Positions 51,275 to 62,767 of a DNA stretch of 64,000 nucleotides are shown piece after piece; position 1 is the stretch's first letter, and every line of letters starts with the position of its first letter. The notes beneath the pieces were generated by a model, which was not told where the DNA came from, did no database searches, and worked only from the letters and a program-made list of their open reading frames with translations. Position numbers and translations under genes: made by a program. Source of the DNA: Gammaproteobacteria bacterium (GTDB lineage Bacteria; Pseudomonadota; Gammaproteobacteria; GCA-001735895); assembly GCA_050298595.1 (NCBI GenBank), contig JBNKUM010000115.1, forward strand, positions 32,001 to 96,000. The letters are read 5' to 3'.

Positions 51275-52479
51275 GGCTTAGCCACCTTTTCTTTAACGTC
51301 TTTTTTACGTACAGGTTGCTCAGAACCGACAATATTTTCATAGTGCACACGAAGCACCAGACCTATCGCAAAAGACATAATCAGAATACTGTTGCCACCA
51401 TAGCTAATGAATGGCAGGGTTAATCCTTTAGTGGGGAGCGCTCCCATATTCACGCCCATATTGATAAGTGCCTGAATGCTCACCAACAGGGCAACGCCGT
51501 ACACAAGGTAAGCACCAAAAGCATGGCCATTTAGCAGAGCTGTCTTACCAATATTGAAGCAACGCAATAAAAACCATCCATAAATCACCACCAGAAAAAC
51601 AATCCCGATCAAACCCAGTTCTTCGGCGTAAATGGCAAACAGAAAATCGGTATGTGCTTCTGGCAGATAAAAAAGCTTCTGGATACTACCGCCCAGGCCA
51701 GTACCGAACATCCCACCACTCCCTATAGCGATCAATGATTGAGTCAGCTGAAATCCGCTATTGAAAGGATCTGCCCAGGGATCAAGAAAAGAGGTAACAC
51801 GTGCCATTCGATAAGGAGAAGCCATTGCCAATAACACCATAATGCTCAGGGTACCGATTACAAAAAGGAAGAAATTTCCAAAGCGCACTCCACCCAGATA
51901 CATCATCCCGAGGCCCGTCATCAGCAACACAGAAGCTGCACCAAAGTCTGGCTCCATCAATAACAGACCACTGGCGACAGCGAGAATAATCATAGGTTTG
52001 AGAAAGCCTTTCATGTCAGTTTTAATTTCATCCGAACGACGAATCAGATAACCGCTCAGATAGATAATCAAAAACAACTTGGCTATCTCAGAAACCTGAA
52101 CCGTAAAAACTATCAAATCCAGCCAGCGGGTTGATCCATTCACCGTGCGGCCTATACCCGGCACCAGTACCAGCGCCAGTAGCACGATAGAACCCAGCAT
52201 TAACAGCATGCCATTGTTACGCCACAGGCTAGTAGGAATGCGATACGCCAACCAAACCAGTACTACACCCAGAAGCAGACGTAAGAACTGTCGCTTGCCA
52301 AAATAAAAGGGGTCACCCATTTGCTGGTCAGCAATACCGATGGATGCCGAAGTCACCATGATCAATCCAATTAGAGCTAGCAATCCATAGATCACTACAA
52401 TCTGGTTATCCAGTGTGTTTGAAATCAACGGAGTTTCCGCCTTAGGCAGTTTTGATGAGCGTATCGCCTGACCCGTCAT
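51271..52479 (-). CDS. ftsW: Peptidoglycan polymerase FtsW
   Basis: NGSTRW, EPDFG, LPEAHTDF, PTKGLTLPFISYGG. Confidence 0.97.
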   Translation of the reverse strand: MTGQAIRSSKLPKAETPLISNTLDNQIVVIYGLLALIGLIMVTSASIGIADQQMGDPFYFGKRQFLRLLLGVVLVWLAYRIPTSLWRNNGMLLMLGSIVLLALVLVPGIGRTVNGSTRWLDLIVFTVQVSEIAKLFLIIYLSGYLIRRSDEIKTDMKGFLKPMIILAVASGLLLMEPDFGAASVLLMTGLGMMYLGGVRFGNFFLFVIGTLSIMVLLAMASPYRMARVTSFLDPWADPFNSGFQLTQSLIAIGSGGMFGTGLGGSIQKLFYLPEAHTDFLFAIYAEELGLIGIVFLVVIYGWFLLRCFNIGKTALLNGHAFGAYLVYGVALLVSIQALINMGVNMGALPTKGLTLPFISYGGNSILIMSFAIGLVLRVHYENIVGSEQPVRKKDVKEKVAKP

Positions 52480-53813
52480 GACAGCGCCCTCACCAGACTG
52501 CTAAATTGTTGACCCCTATCTGCAAAACCTTTGAACTGATCCAAGCTGGCACAGGCCGGTGATAGTAAAACCAGATCTCCTGGCTGTGCGATTTGATGTG
52601 CTCGAACTACTGCTTCAGCCAGATTTTTAACCTGCTCGATGCGAGTACAACCCTTTAGAGATTCTTCAATTTTATCGGCATCCTGCCCAAACAATAAAAT
52701 ACAGGAAACCTTTTCTCTTACTGCAGTACAAAGCGACTGCATGTTGGCCCCTTTACTTTGCCCTCCCGCCAGTAAAATAATCGGTTCATCTATACCCTGT
52801 ATGGCTGCCAGTGCTGCACCGGGATTCGTCGCTTTAGAATCATTAATCCAGGTAACACCATTAATTTCTGCCACCCACTGGCTGCGATGATCCAGTCCAG
52901 GAAACTGTTTCAGTGTTTCAACAATTGCAGCTTTCGGAATTCCAGCTATTTCAGCCATCGCCATAGCAACCAGGCAGTTAGCCCAGTTGTGACGACCTTT
53001 CAGTTTAAGCTCACTTGTATTTATCCAGCCCACACCTTTTACTGCTAGCATGGTCTCTGGATGTTGAAGAATATGGTAATCCACATCATCACGTTGTAGA
53101 GAAAAACGAATGTCTTCAGATGAATGTTGAGTCAGTTCATCGTCTGCATTACTGATGACATATTCTGCATTACGATAGATCCTTTTCTTACTATTCTTAT
53201 AATCAGCCAGATCATCATAACGATCCATATGATCTTCACTGACGTTCAAAACGGTCGCAACTAATGGCCGTAGACTCTCGGTAGTTTCTAGTTGAAAACT
53301 GGATAGCTCTAATACATACAGATCAGCATCCTGCTGCAATAGATCAAGCGCCGGTATGCCTATATTGCCACCCACAGCAACTTTCTTTCCACCTGCAGCT
53401 ATCATTTGACCCACTAAGGTAGTGACCGTAGTTTTTCCATTGGAGCCCGTGATTGCGACAACCGGTTTATTCACCGCTTCAGCGAATAACTCAATATCGC
53501 CAATCACTCTTACGCCTGACTGTGCCACTTTTTTAATCAATGGACTTCTAACAGATAGCCCAGGACTGACGATCCAGCAATCTGCCTGCTCTATCAGCGA
53601 CTCTGTTAATGGCTGTATTAGTACATTGGCATCAGGGAAAGCAGCAAGCAACTGATCCAGATAGGGAGGCTGTTCACGGTCATCCTGCACGCTACAGTTA
53701 TAACCATTGCTTAGCAGATAACAGGCAGCTGAATACCCTGTCAGCCCCAACCCAATAATCAGGTAGCGCTGATCAAGATGAACATGCTGCTGTTGTGTTA
53801 TCATCTGTATCAC
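52476..53813 (-). CDS. murD: UDP-MurNAc-L-Ala--D-Glu ligase
   Basis: GLGLTG, GSNGKTT, ELSSFQL, DHMDRY, NDSKATN, SPACAS. Confidence 0.97.
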   Translation of the reverse strand: MIQMITQQQHVHLDQRYLIIGLGLTGYSAACYLLSNGYNCSVQDDREQPPYLDQLLAAFPDANVLIQPLTESLIEQADCWIVSPGLSVRSPLIKKVAQSGVRVIGDIELFAEAVNKPVVAITGSNGKTTVTTLVGQMIAAGGKKVAVGGNIGIPALDLLQQDADLYVLELSSFQLETTESLRPLVATVLNVSEDHMDRYDDLADYKNSKKRIYRNAEYVISNADDELTQHSSEDIRFSLQRDDVDYHILQHPETMLAVKGVGWINTSELKLKGRHNWANCLVAMAMAEIAGIPKAAIVETLKQFPGLDHRSQWVAEINGVTWINDSKATNPGAALAAIQGIDEPIILLAGGQSKGANMQSLCTAVREKVSCILLFGQDADKIEESLKGCTRIEQVKNLAEAVVRAHQIAQPGDLVLLSPACASLDQFKGFADRGQQFSSLVRALS

Positions 53814-54892
53814 CGTATTTTCAAACTCGACAGTCCAATCAGCACCAGGATTACCGTAATAATCCAGAAGCGCACAATAATGCGCGGCTCGGGCCAGCCC
53901 TTTAACTCATAATGATGATGTAGTGGTGCCATGCGAAAAATGCGTCTACCGGTTAACTTGTAAGAGGCCACCTGCAAAACCACTGAAATGGTTTCAACCA
54001 CGAAAATCCCCCCCATGATGAATAGCACTAGTTCCTGACGTACGACGACGGCAACTATGCCCAGTGCTGCACCCAGTGCCAGAGCCCCAACATCGCCCAT
54101 AAACACCTGAGCGGGATAGGTATTGAACCAGAGAAAACCCAGTCCAGCACCCACCAGTGCGCCACAGAACACAACCATTTCACCTACACCAGGGACATAA
54201 GGAATACCGAGGTATCCTGCAAAATTGGTATTCCCTGTCACATAAGCGAATACACCCAGTGCACCACCCACCAGTACGGTCGGTAAAATAGCCAGTCCAT
54301 CCAGACCGTCGGTCAGGTTAACTGAATTACTACTACCGACGATGACCAGATAAGCAAGCACGATGTAAAACCAGCCCAGATCTAATACTACATTTTTAAA
54401 GAAAGGTAGAATTAACTGGGTTTCAATTGGTACCTGAGCGGTAGTGAAAAGAACATAGGCAGCTGTCAATCCAATAATGGATTGCCATAAATATTTGGCT
54501 CTGGCTGATAGCCCTTTAGAATTCCCGAAAACAATTTTCCTGTAATCGTCTACCCAGCCAATAATTCCGAAACCTCCAGTTACCGTGACCACGATCCACA
54601 CAAAGCGTGACGATAGATCACTCCATAACAGGGTACTGACTATGATTGCCACCAGAATAAGCGCTCCACCCATAGTAGGTGTGCCGGCTTTACTGAAATG
54701 CGATTGTGGACCATCATCGCGTACGTTCTGTCCGATATTATATCGACTCAGATAACGAATCATGCCCGGTCCAACAAATAATGAAATCAGCAAAGCGGTC
54801 AGCACACCGAGTATGGTGCGCATAGTCAGGTACTGAAACAGGTTGAAGCCACTGTAGAACTGCGTCAGGTATTCAGCGAGACTATACAGCAT
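53810..54892 (-). CDS. mraY: Phospho-MurNAc-pentapeptide transferase
   Basis: [32 protein letters not shown]. Confidence 0.98.
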   Translation of the reverse strand: MLYSLAEYLTQFYSGFNLFQYLTMRTILGVLTALLISLFVGPGMIRYLSRYNIGQNVRDDGPQSHFSKAGTPTMGGALILVAIIVSTLLWSDLSSRFVWIVVTVTGGFGIIGWVDDYRKIVFGNSKGLSARAKYLWQSIIGLTAAYVLFTTAQVPIETQLILPFFKNVVLDLGWFYIVLAYLVIVGSSNSVNLTDGLDGLAILPTVLVGGALGVFAYVTGNTNFAGYLGIPYVPGVGEMVVFCGALVGAGLGFLWFNTYPAQVFMGDVGALALGAALGIVAVVVRQELVLFIMGGIFVVETISVVLQVASYKLTGRRIFRMAPLHHHYELKGWPEPRIIVRFWIITVILVLIGLSSLKIR

Positions 54893-56252
54893 AATCATCT
54901 CCATTCTGCGTGGACGAGTCTTTTAATGCTGCCACCAGTTTTTCCATCTGGGCACTACGCGATCCTTTAATTAAAAGATTAATACCACTATGTAATCTTG
55001 CACTTATAAAGCGCGCCATATCTTCATGATTTTCAAAACAATAACCTTCATCACCAAAAACTTTTGCTGCCTTACAGCTAAAAGTGCCCAACGCAAAAAA
55101 TTTAACTACCCCAATTTCTTTTGCTACTGTCAAAGCCTGTTCATGCAATCTGAGTGCATCGGCACCCAGTTCAGCCATATCACCCAGAGCTAACCAGGCC
55201 ACTCCACGTTGTGTACATAACACATTCACAGCCGCTATTAAGGAACCAGGGTTTGCATTGTAACTATCATCGATAATCAGGCTCTTGTTCACACCGGGGT
55301 AAAACTTCTGGCGTCCACTGACACCGACAAAACCACCCAGCCCCTCAGCTGCCCGCTGTAGGCTGAAACCACAGGCCGTCGCCAGAGTGATTGCAGCTAC
55401 TGCATTCTGAACATTATGTAAGCCCTGCATTTGAATCTCGGTATCTACCTCATCATGTCCCTGTGTCACTTCGATATGCAGGGTATCTGCCTGCTGTACA
55501 TAAGCACCGGTTACATCACTCTGCTGCCTTAATGAAAAACTGATATGTCGAGAACTGGCAGCTATAGATTTCCAGTAATCCACAGCATCCTCGTCTTCAT
55601 TGAATACGGCAATCGCTGACGATGAGGAAAATTGATACATCTCTCCTTTGGCTCGAATCACACCCTGACGCGAGCCAAAACCTTCAACATGAGCGTTCTG
55701 GGCATTATTCACATACACCACATCGGGTTCAGCTATTCTCAACAGGGTATGGATTTCATGTGGATGATTCGCCCCCATCTCAATCACCGCAAAGCGATGT
55801 TGTGGTGTGAGACGAAACAAAGTCAAAGGCACGCCAATGTCATTATTTAAATTTCCCAGCGTCATCAACGTCCTATATTCGCAGGAAAGAATGCGACCCA
55901 GCATTTCTTTTATGGTTGTTTTACCATTACTGCCACTGATCCCAATAACTTTTGCTGGCATCTTATGACGCCAGAAATTAGCCAGGTTACCCAGTGCTGA
56001 GCGACAGTCTTCAACAATCAACTGAGGTATATCTATATCAACAGCATGTTCAACCATAACTGCTGCAGCACCTTTATCCCTTGCCATAGTCACAAAATCA
56101 TGCCCATCAAAGTTTTTACCCTTGATGGCAGTAAATAAAGCTCCGGCACAGTCCTTGCGAGTATCGATAACAACCCCTTTAAAATAAAACTCTGAAACCT
56201 CAGAGCTCTGGGGAAATAATTTGATCAACTCATCAGAGTGAAGACTGATCAT
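54882..56252 (-). CDS. murF: UDP-MurNAc-tripeptide--D-Ala-D-Ala ligase
   Basis: [28 protein letters not shown]. Confidence 0.97.
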   Translation of the reverse strand: MISLHSDELIKLFPQSSEVSEFYFKGVVIDTRKDCAGALFTAIKGKNFDGHDFVTMARDKGAAAVMVEHAVDIDIPQLIVEDCRSALGNLANFWRHKMPAKVIGISGSNGKTTIKEMLGRILSCEYRTLMTLGNLNNDIGVPLTLFRLTPQHRFAVIEMGANHPHEIHTLLRIAEPDVVYVNNAQNAHVEGFGSRQGVIRAKGEMYQFSSSSAIAVFNEDEDAVDYWKSIAASSRHISFSLRQQSDVTGAYVQQADTLHIEVTQGHDEVDTEIQMQGLHNVQNAVAAITLATACGFSLQRAAEGLGGFVGVSGRQKFYPGVNKSLIIDDSYNANPGSLIAAVNVLCTQRGVAWLALGDMAELGADALRLHEQALTVAKEIGVVKFFALGTFSCKAAKVFGDEGYCFENHEDMARFISARLHSGINLLIKGSRSAQMEKLVAALKDSSTQNGDDYAV

Positions 56253-57778
56253 AAAGACTGCTCCTGTCGAATTTCAACTACCAGGTCTCTATCACTAAAC
56301 GGGATTTTCTGCTCACCGATAATCTGAAACTGTTCATGCCCTTTTCCGGCGATAACCAACAGATCATTTTCGTTAGCCTGAGTCATTGCAGTTTTTATCG
56401 CCACTGCTCGGTCATGGATTACTCGCACGAGTTCAGGATGCTGTAACCCGACAACGATTTCATTCATGATTTTCTGTGCTGACTCGGTACGCGGGTTATC
56501 ATCGGTAAGGATAACGTGATCGGCCAGACGCTCCGCTACCGCAGCCATTTTAGGCCGTTTACTTTGATCTCTATCACCACCACAGCCAAATACACAATAA
56601 AGAGCACCCTGATAGCTGTCTTTAACTGCATTCAGACAGGCTTCTAACGCCTGTTCAGTATGAGCAAAGTCGATCACGACTGCAGGATATCCATTATGTG
56701 CCGGATAATATTCCATACGACCGGGAATAGGTTTTAGCTGTTCCATTGCTGACTCTATCTGTTGTCTATCAAAACCCAGCAACTGCAACACCGCCACACA
56801 GGAAAGCAGGTTATCAACATTAAACGAACCGATTAAGGCGCTTTGAATTCTGATATCACCCAGGGAAGTCGATGCAACAATCTCCAGCCCCTGCTCATTC
56901 ATCTGACTATGCTTTATGGAGACTGAATTATGTTCAGTCATCTGTGTATGTGCATTTACAGCCAGTGAGGTATCCAGATTATATTGCTGGAATAATTTTG
57001 CTCCCAGCTCATCATCAACATTAAAAGCACGTCCGGTTAAACTACTATATTCAAAAAGTTGAGATTTAGCTGCCGCATATTGTTCCAGAGTGCCATGATA
57101 ATCCAGATGATCGCTACCCAGATTGGTTAATAATGCAATATCAAATTCACAGCCACTCACTCGATATTGCTGTAATGCGTGCGACGAAACTTCCATCACA
57201 ATATATTCACAACCTTGCTGAAGTAGCTCAGCTAATAATGCCTGTATACAAATAGCATCCGGAGTTGTATAGCCAAGCATATTCAGCCGGTTAGCAACGC
57301 CATAGCCTAGTGTGCCTATACTGCCGGCAGTTTTCCCAACACGAGTCAACGCCTGAACCAGTAAATGGGTCACACTGGTTTTACCATCGGTACCGGTTAC
57401 AGCGATTAATTTAAGCGCTCTGGCTGGATCAGCATAAAAGCGACTGGCAATCTTACCGGTCATACGATTTAAATCTACTACAGGTATCCATTGGGTACTT
57501 AGCTGTTTTTCCAGCAAGTCTATACGTTGCTTACTATAGCTATCGCTTGCATCATACAAAACAGCAACTGCGCCCTGCTTGACTGCATCAGCGGAAAAAT
57601 CAATAGCATGATGTTTTATTCCTGCCTGTGCGACGAATACATCACCCGCCTGGAGCATCTGACTATTACTGGAGATACCCTGTATCGGCAAATCGCTTAA
57701 ATATTCGGGTTCGACAAAGCCCTGCAAAAGCTGCTTAAGAGTCATCGAAACAGTGAGATTCTGATGAGCCATCATCAC
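56249..57778 (-). CDS. murE: UDP-MurNAc-dipeptide--meso-DAP ligase
   Basis: GTDGKTS, MEVSSH, DHLDYH, GCGGDRD, DNPR, AGKGHE. Confidence 0.97.
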   Translation of the reverse strand: MMMAHQNLTVSMTLKQLLQGFVEPEYLSDLPIQGISSNSQMLQAGDVFVAQAGIKHHAIDFSADAVKQGAVAVLYDASDSYSKQRIDLLEKQLSTQWIPVVDLNRMTGKIASRFYADPARALKLIAVTGTDGKTSVTHLLVQALTRVGKTAGSIGTLGYGVANRLNMLGYTTPDAICIQALLAELLQQGCEYIVMEVSSHALQQYRVSGCEFDIALLTNLGSDHLDYHGTLEQYAAAKSQLFEYSSLTGRAFNVDDELGAKLFQQYNLDTSLAVNAHTQMTEHNSVSIKHSQMNEQGLEIVASTSLGDIRIQSALIGSFNVDNLLSCVAVLQLLGFDRQQIESAMEQLKPIPGRMEYYPAHNGYPAVVIDFAHTEQALEACLNAVKDSYQGALYCVFGCGGDRDQSKRPKMAAVAERLADHVILTDDNPRTESAQKIMNEIVVGLQHPELVRVIHDRAVAIKTAMTQANENDLLVIAGKGHEQFQIIGEQKIPFSDRDLVVEIRQEQSL

Positions 57779-59484
57779 ACCTTCGTCTCCCCTGATTTCG
57801 CCATGCGTTGAATAGCCGGCAAATCATCTGGAGATATATTCATCAGGCGCAGGGCATGCCCGAGTACTTCGCTAAATACTGGTGCCGCTACCTGACCACC
57901 GTGGTAACCATTCTGTTTTGGGTCATCAATCATCACCGCCATCACCAGTCGAGGATTACTCACAGGAACCACACCTGCAAAAACTGAAACATAGCTATCT
58001 TTCAAATATCCGCCAGCAGCACTCTTTCGGGCTGTACCTGTTTTGCCTGCAACTCTATATCCATTGATAGCGGCCCGCTTAGCTGTACCGCCAGGCCCCA
58101 CCACCTGCTCCATCATTTCCAGGATTCTTTGCGCTGTTGCAGCAGTCATCACCTGACGTGACTCTGGCACTTGATCAACCTTCAATAAACTCAATGGCAA
58201 TAATTTGCCCTGATTTGCAAACAGGCTATAAGCTCTTGCCAGTTGCAAAGCACTCACTGAAAGCCCATAACCAAAAGCAATTGTGGCATGATCTAGTGGC
58301 TGCCAGTCACTGTAGTAACTTAGATAACCCGATGAGGCTGCAGGAAAACTTATACCGGTTGGTTCACCGAAACCAAAATCAGTAAAAGATTGCCACAGCT
58401 CCTTTGGCGTCATGGACAATGCGACCTTGGAAGCACCCACATTACTTGATTTACGTAATATGCCTGCCAGATCCAGTACACCATAATCTCTAAAATCTTT
58501 TATAGGATAGCCACTTACTTTCATGTAACCAGGCGAAGTATTGATTCGACTTTTCTGGTTAAACAGCTGCCTGTCCATCGCCGCTGCCAGTGTAAATGGC
58601 TTGATTGAAGAACCCGGCTCAAAAACATCGGTAATCGCACGATTGCGGCGTTGCTCAGCTTTTAGCTTATTACGGCTATTCGGGTTGTAAGAAGGCAGAT
58701 TTGCCAGTGCCAGAATTTCACCTGTTCTGGCATCCAGCAATACTGCACTACCTGATTCTGCATCATGGTATTTAATCGCTTTTGCCAGGCTTCTATAAGC
58801 TATGTATTGCAGACGCATATCCAGACTCATCTGCAAATCATTGCCTGGTTTGGCAGCAGAAACCTGTGCAATGTTCTCGACTACCTGACCTTTTCGATCA
58901 CGTAATATCTGACGCTGGCCGGGAGTAGCTTTTAACCAGTCCTGATACACACGCTCCATACCTTCACTACCGGTATCATCTATATCGGTAAACCCCAGTA
59001 CATGTGACACAATCTCACCAGCAGGATAAAAACGGCTGTACTCACGTTGCAAATAAACACCCTGAGTACCCACAACAGCTTTTTGCGCAAGGTCTGGCTC
59101 TACCCGTCTTTTTAAAAAAATAAATTCTCGTTTAGCACGTTGCGTTACACTGGCCAGCACCTTTGAGTAATTCAAGCCTAACGACTTCGATACCTTTTTC
59201 AGGCCTGGCTTGTCCAGCAGAGCCAGCCTGGGATTAACCCACACTGAATCAACGGGAGTACTTATCGCCAGAGGCGTTCCAAATCGATCAACAATCGCGC
59301 CGCGATAAGCCGGAGTATCAATTGTTCTTAACTGTCGTTGACTGCCTTCGTCCAGCAAAAAATCCTGATCAACCACCTGTAGATAAGAGGCACGCGCAAT
59401 CAGTGCGCCGAACATTAGCAACAGTACAGCCAGCACAAAATAATGCCTTACTGAAAAAAATGATGTTTGATTAGACTCACTCAT
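57775..59484 (-). CDS. ftsI: Penicillin-binding protein 3
   Basis: RGAIVDR, EPGSSIK (SxxK), SSN, KTG. Confidence 0.96.
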   Translation of the reverse strand: MSESNQTSFFSVRHYFVLAVLLLMFGALIARASYLQVVDQDFLLDEGSQRQLRTIDTPAYRGAIVDRFGTPLAISTPVDSVWVNPRLALLDKPGLKKVSKSLGLNYSKVLASVTQRAKREFIFLKRRVEPDLAQKAVVGTQGVYLQREYSRFYPAGEIVSHVLGFTDIDDTGSEGMERVYQDWLKATPGQRQILRDRKGQVVENIAQVSAAKPGNDLQMSLDMRLQYIAYRSLAKAIKYHDAESGSAVLLDARTGEILALANLPSYNPNSRNKLKAEQRRNRAITDVFEPGSSIKPFTLAAAMDRQLFNQKSRINTSPGYMKVSGYPIKDFRDYGVLDLAGILRKSSNVGASKVALSMTPKELWQSFTDFGFGEPTGISFPAASSGYLSYYSDWQPLDHATIAFGYGLSVSALQLARAYSLFANQGKLLPLSLLKVDQVPESRQVMTAATAQRILEMMEQVVGPGGTAKRAAINGYRVAGKTGTARKSAAGGYLKDSYVSVFAGVVPVSNPRLVMAVMIDDPKQNGYHGGQVAAPVFSEVLGHALRLMNISPDDLPAIQRMAKSGETKV

Positions 59485-59485
59485 A

Positions 59486-59749
59486 TCAAGGTAAAGTCAC
59501 TATTTGAATATCTTCAGGTAAAATCATGCCCAGTTTTTTTCGCGCCATGGATTCAACATTCGCCTGTGTAATCAGGGTACTGTTCTGTATCTGCAGGCGA
59601 CTCCACTGAATTACTATTTCGTCCTGCTGCTTTTGAAGCTGCCTCAACTCAGAGAAAAGCACCCGGCTTTCATGTTTCACATAAATCACAGTCATCGCAC
59701 TGCCGGTTACGAGAACTATCAGCAGCATCAGCCAGTAAAGCCGATTCAT
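59486..59749 (-). CDS. ftsL: Cell division protein FtsL
   Basis: TM helix and leucine zipper, A.KKLGM..P; lies between rsmH and ftsI. Confidence 0.92.
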   Translation of the reverse strand: MNRLYWLMLLIVLVTGSAMTVIYVKHESRVLFSELRQLQKQQDEIVIQWSRLQIQNSTLITQANVESMARKKLGMILPEDIQIVTLP

Positions 59750-60690
59750 CAGGAGACTCGCTCGGCTACTCTTAATACCGCGCTACGCGAACGCGGGTTT
59801 TGTGCCAGCTCCTTCACCCCGGCTTTAATTGCCTTACCAATAGTGCGCAGTCGTATAGAAACCGACAAATCGCTTTCTCTAACAGGTAAGCCTCGTGGTA
59901 TTGACGGTGCTGTTGACTGCTGTTTAAAAAATCTTTTTACCAGGCGATCTTCCAGCGAATGGAAACTAATCACCAGCAACCGCCCACCTATTTTTAAAAC
60001 ATCAAAGATATCTGCCAGCACCAGCTCAACATGTTCCAGTTCATGATTGATTCGCATACGGATAGCCTGAAAACTTCGTGTAGCCGGATGTTTTTTCTCT
60101 TTGCCAGCAGGCACACAGCCCTTGATGATAGACACCAGGGTGTCTGTATCATTTATCGGTTCCTGCTGGCGGTATTCAACTATCTTGCGCGCAATGCGGC
60201 GAGAAAAACGCTCTTCGCCAAAACGCCATAAAACGTCTGCAATCTCCTTTTCGCTAGCTTTTGTAATCCATTGTTGTGCAGTTTCACCCTGCTCGGTATT
60301 CATACGCATATCCAGTGGGCCATTTTGCTGAAAACTAAAACCACGAGTCGCATCATCCAGCTGAGGAGATGAAACACCCAGATCAAGCAATACACCATCT
60401 ACCTGATTCGCCAGGCCCTGCTGCAAGATATGATTCTTCATATGTGCATAATCATCATGAATAATGGTGACACGTTGATCACCTGCATGTCTGGCGCGAG
60501 CACAGGCTATTGCCTGAGGATCCTTATCCATCACGATCAGACGCCCATGTTCACTCAGCTTTTCCAGTATGGCTGCAGCATGCCCACCGCGGCCAAAGGT
60601 CCCATCTACATACACGCCATCAGGTTTAACCTGCATTGCCTGCAACACCTCATCGAATAAAACAGGCTGATGAACTAGCGGCGAACTCAT
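59749..60690 (-). CDS. rsmH: 16S rRNA C1402 methyltransferase
   Basis: DGTFGRGGH, DLGVSSPQLD, ISFHSLEDR, NPRSRSA. Confidence 0.98.
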   Translation of the reverse strand: MSSPLVHQPVLFDEVLQAMQVKPDGVYVDGTFGRGGHAAAILEKLSEHGRLIVMDKDPQAIACARARHAGDQRVTIIHDDYAHMKNHILQQGLANQVDGVLLDLGVSSPQLDDATRGFSFQQNGPLDMRMNTEQGETAQQWITKASEKEIADVLWRFGEERFSRRIARKIVEYRQQEPINDTDTLVSIIKGCVPAGKEKKHPATRSFQAIRMRINHELEHVELVLADIFDVLKIGGRLLVISFHSLEDRLVKRFFKQQSTAPSIPRGLPVRESDLSVSIRLRTIGKAIKAGVKELAQNPRSRSAVLRVAERVS

Positions 60691-61139
60691 AACCTGAGCT
60701 CCGCTAACGCCGACGGAATTTCATCTTCTCCGTCATCCTCTTCCATGCATAACTTGTCCCACAGCTGCTCATCCCACAGCTCAAACTTGTTACCCTGCCC
60801 GATTAACACGGCCTTTTTCTGTAACTGTGCATAAGTACGCAAAGGAGGAGAAAGCAGCATACGACCATTGGCATCCACTTCGATATCAGTGGCATAACCA
60901 ATTAATTTGCGCTGGATTCGACGAGCCTTTTTATTAAACCCGGGTAAGGCGTTGATTTTTTCTTCAACAACTTCCCATTCGGGTAGAGGGTAAATAAGCA
61001 AACAGGGCTGGTCGGTATCAATAGTCACAACCAGTTGGCCTTCACAAATTTCAGACAGGCGCTCACGATAACGCGCAGGCAAAACCATCCTGCCTTTTGC
61101 ATCGATCGATAGATTTGAAGCCCCTCTGAATTTGTACAC
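60687..61139 (-). CDS. mraZ: Transcriptional regulator MraZ
   Basis: FRG..LSIDAKGR, DANGR; probable GTG start at 61139. Confidence 0.96.
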   Translation of the reverse strand: MYKFRGASNLSIDAKGRMVLPARYRERLSEICEGQLVVTIDTDQPCLLIYPLPEWEVVEEKINALPGFNKKARRIQRKLIGYATDIEVDANGRMLLSPPLRTYAQLQKKAVLIGQGNKFELWDEQLWDKLCMEEDDGEDEIPSALAELRL

Positions 61140-61155
61140 CGATTTAGCCTTAGTT

Positions 61156-61192
61156 ACCCACTTTGTGACACTTTTCACCACTAATGCACACA
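61156..61192 (-). promoter_or_regulatory. MraZ-binding repeats
   Basis: GTGG/GTGT motifs at 10-bp periodicity (plus-strand CCAC/ACAC at 61158, 61168, 61178, 61188) upstream of mraZ. Confidence 0.7.
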
Positions 61193-61433
61193 GTATCGTC
61201 GCAAAACACCACAAGTCAAGTAAAAAGAGCCATTTAGGAATAGAGTTTCTTTAATAACAACAATGACTTAGCAATGCTTTATAAAATAATTATTTAATAG
61301 TCTTTAGAAAACAGAAACTAATCGAGGCAAGTTAAAGTAAAACATTAAGTGTTAGTTATTTCTCGTTTTTTTTGAGAAGAAATAACAATCTGAGGTTGGT
61401 AGTTTTGAGCAGAAAGCGCAGTTTTTATAAAAT

Positions 61434-61771
61434 AAGTCAGCCGATAAGCCGGGTTCTGTCGTGGATAATCATTCATCTGGAATCACTGTCACCAATGACC
61501 CTCAAGCGACCAACCCGAAAGCAGTGCGGGCCGCACCATAGCTCTCCTATTTGGTCTTGCTCCGAGTGGGGTTTACCCTGCCACTACTGTTGCCAGTAGC
61601 GCGGTGCGCTCTTACCGCACCATTTCACCCTTACCATGCAAGGCATGGCGGTATATTTTCTGTGGCACTTTCCGTAGGCTCACGCCCCCCAGGCGTTACC
61701 TGGCACTCTGCCCTATGGAGCCCGGACTTTCCTCCAGCACCTGATGGCACCAGCGATTATCTGGCTGACTT
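61434..61771 (-). ncRNA. rnpB: RNase P RNA (type A)
   Basis: GAGGAAAGTCCGGGCTCC and AGAACCCGGCTTA conserved regions; P1 AAGTCAGCC/GGCTGACTT; lies between rsmI and mraZ. Confidence 0.97.
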
Positions 61772-61845
61772 GGGCGCATAATACAGTAAATTTATAAAAA
61801 AGCCCGCACAATCTGGGTGGATAGCCCCTTCTATTCTGATTTCAG

Positions 61846-62691
61846 TTAAGCTGACAACTCTTTTGATATTTTCAACGCCTGCTGATACAGGTCATTCTTC
61901 TTCAGGCCAGTGATTTCAACTGCCAGCTTGACCGCTTTTTTTAGTGGCATATCAGCCAGTAAAATCTTTAACAGTCGCCTGCTTTCAAGTGAATCTTGCT
62001 CCAGATTTGATTCAGGTTGAATCGACAAAAGCACCACAAATTCCCCCTTTTGTAACTCAGGAGATTGTTCTAGCTGAGCCAGACAGGATTGCGCTTTTCC
62101 ACGGATGAAATTTTCGTGACGCTTGGTTAGTTCTTTCGCCAATACCACATCTGCTGTCGGCATGATTTGACTTAACTGCTGCATTAGCCGAACGATTCGA
62201 TGCGTTGACTCCAGTAAAATCTGCGTACCTGGCAGCGCTTTGATCGACTCCAGTCGAGTAAGGCGCTCAGCATTTTTCTGAGAAAGAAAACCATGAAAAG
62301 TAAAATTATCGGTAGCAAGTCCAGATGCACATAAGGCTGTAATAATGCTACTGGCTCCAGGAATTGGACAAACCTGAAATCCCGCCTCGATCACGCCATT
62401 AACCAGCTTATAGCCCGGATCAGAAATCAGTGGAGTACCCGCATCAGAGATTAATCCGACCGACATTCCCTGTTGCAGATAACCCACAATCTGCGTCACA
62501 CGGTCATCCTCATTATGATCATGCAGTGAAAGCATCTTTTTCTTTAAACCAAGGTGGGATAGCAAATGCTGGCTATGTCGAGTATCTTCAGCCGCAATCA
62601 GGTCAACCCTGGATAAGGTGTCAATTGCCCGGCGGCTAATATCATCAAGATTACCGATGGGTGTTGCTATGATAAAAAGTACAGCTGACAT
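61846..62691 (-). CDS. rsmI: 16S rRNA C1402 2'-O-methyltransferase
   Basis: ATPIGNL, AEDTR, SDAGTPLISDPG, KELTK.HE. Confidence 0.97.
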   Translation of the reverse strand: MSAVLFIIATPIGNLDDISRRAIDTLSRVDLIAAEDTRHSQHLLSHLGLKKKMLSLHDHNEDDRVTQIVGYLQQGMSVGLISDAGTPLISDPGYKLVNGVIEAGFQVCPIPGASSIITALCASGLATDNFTFHGFLSQKNAERLTRLESIKALPGTQILLESTHRIVRLMQQLSQIMPTADVVLAKELTKRHENFIRGKAQSCLAQLEQSPELQKGEFVVLLSIQPESNLEQDSLESRRLLKILLADMPLKKAVKLAVEITGLKKNDLYQQALKISKELSA

Positions 62692-62767
62692 TAAATACCT
62701 GATACATGTAAACTTAGGGATTGTGAATTGTATCAGACTACGCGACATCAACCCCGAACAGGTCATC

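Noticed and set aside
43679-61139. Numerous 60-140 aa ORFs overlapping dcw genes (likewise within pepA, valS and glg genes)
   Set aside because: Antisense or out-of-frame shadows of well-supported genes.
61372-61781. ORFs 61372-61599 and 61551-61781
   Set aside because: They are antisense shadows of rnpB.
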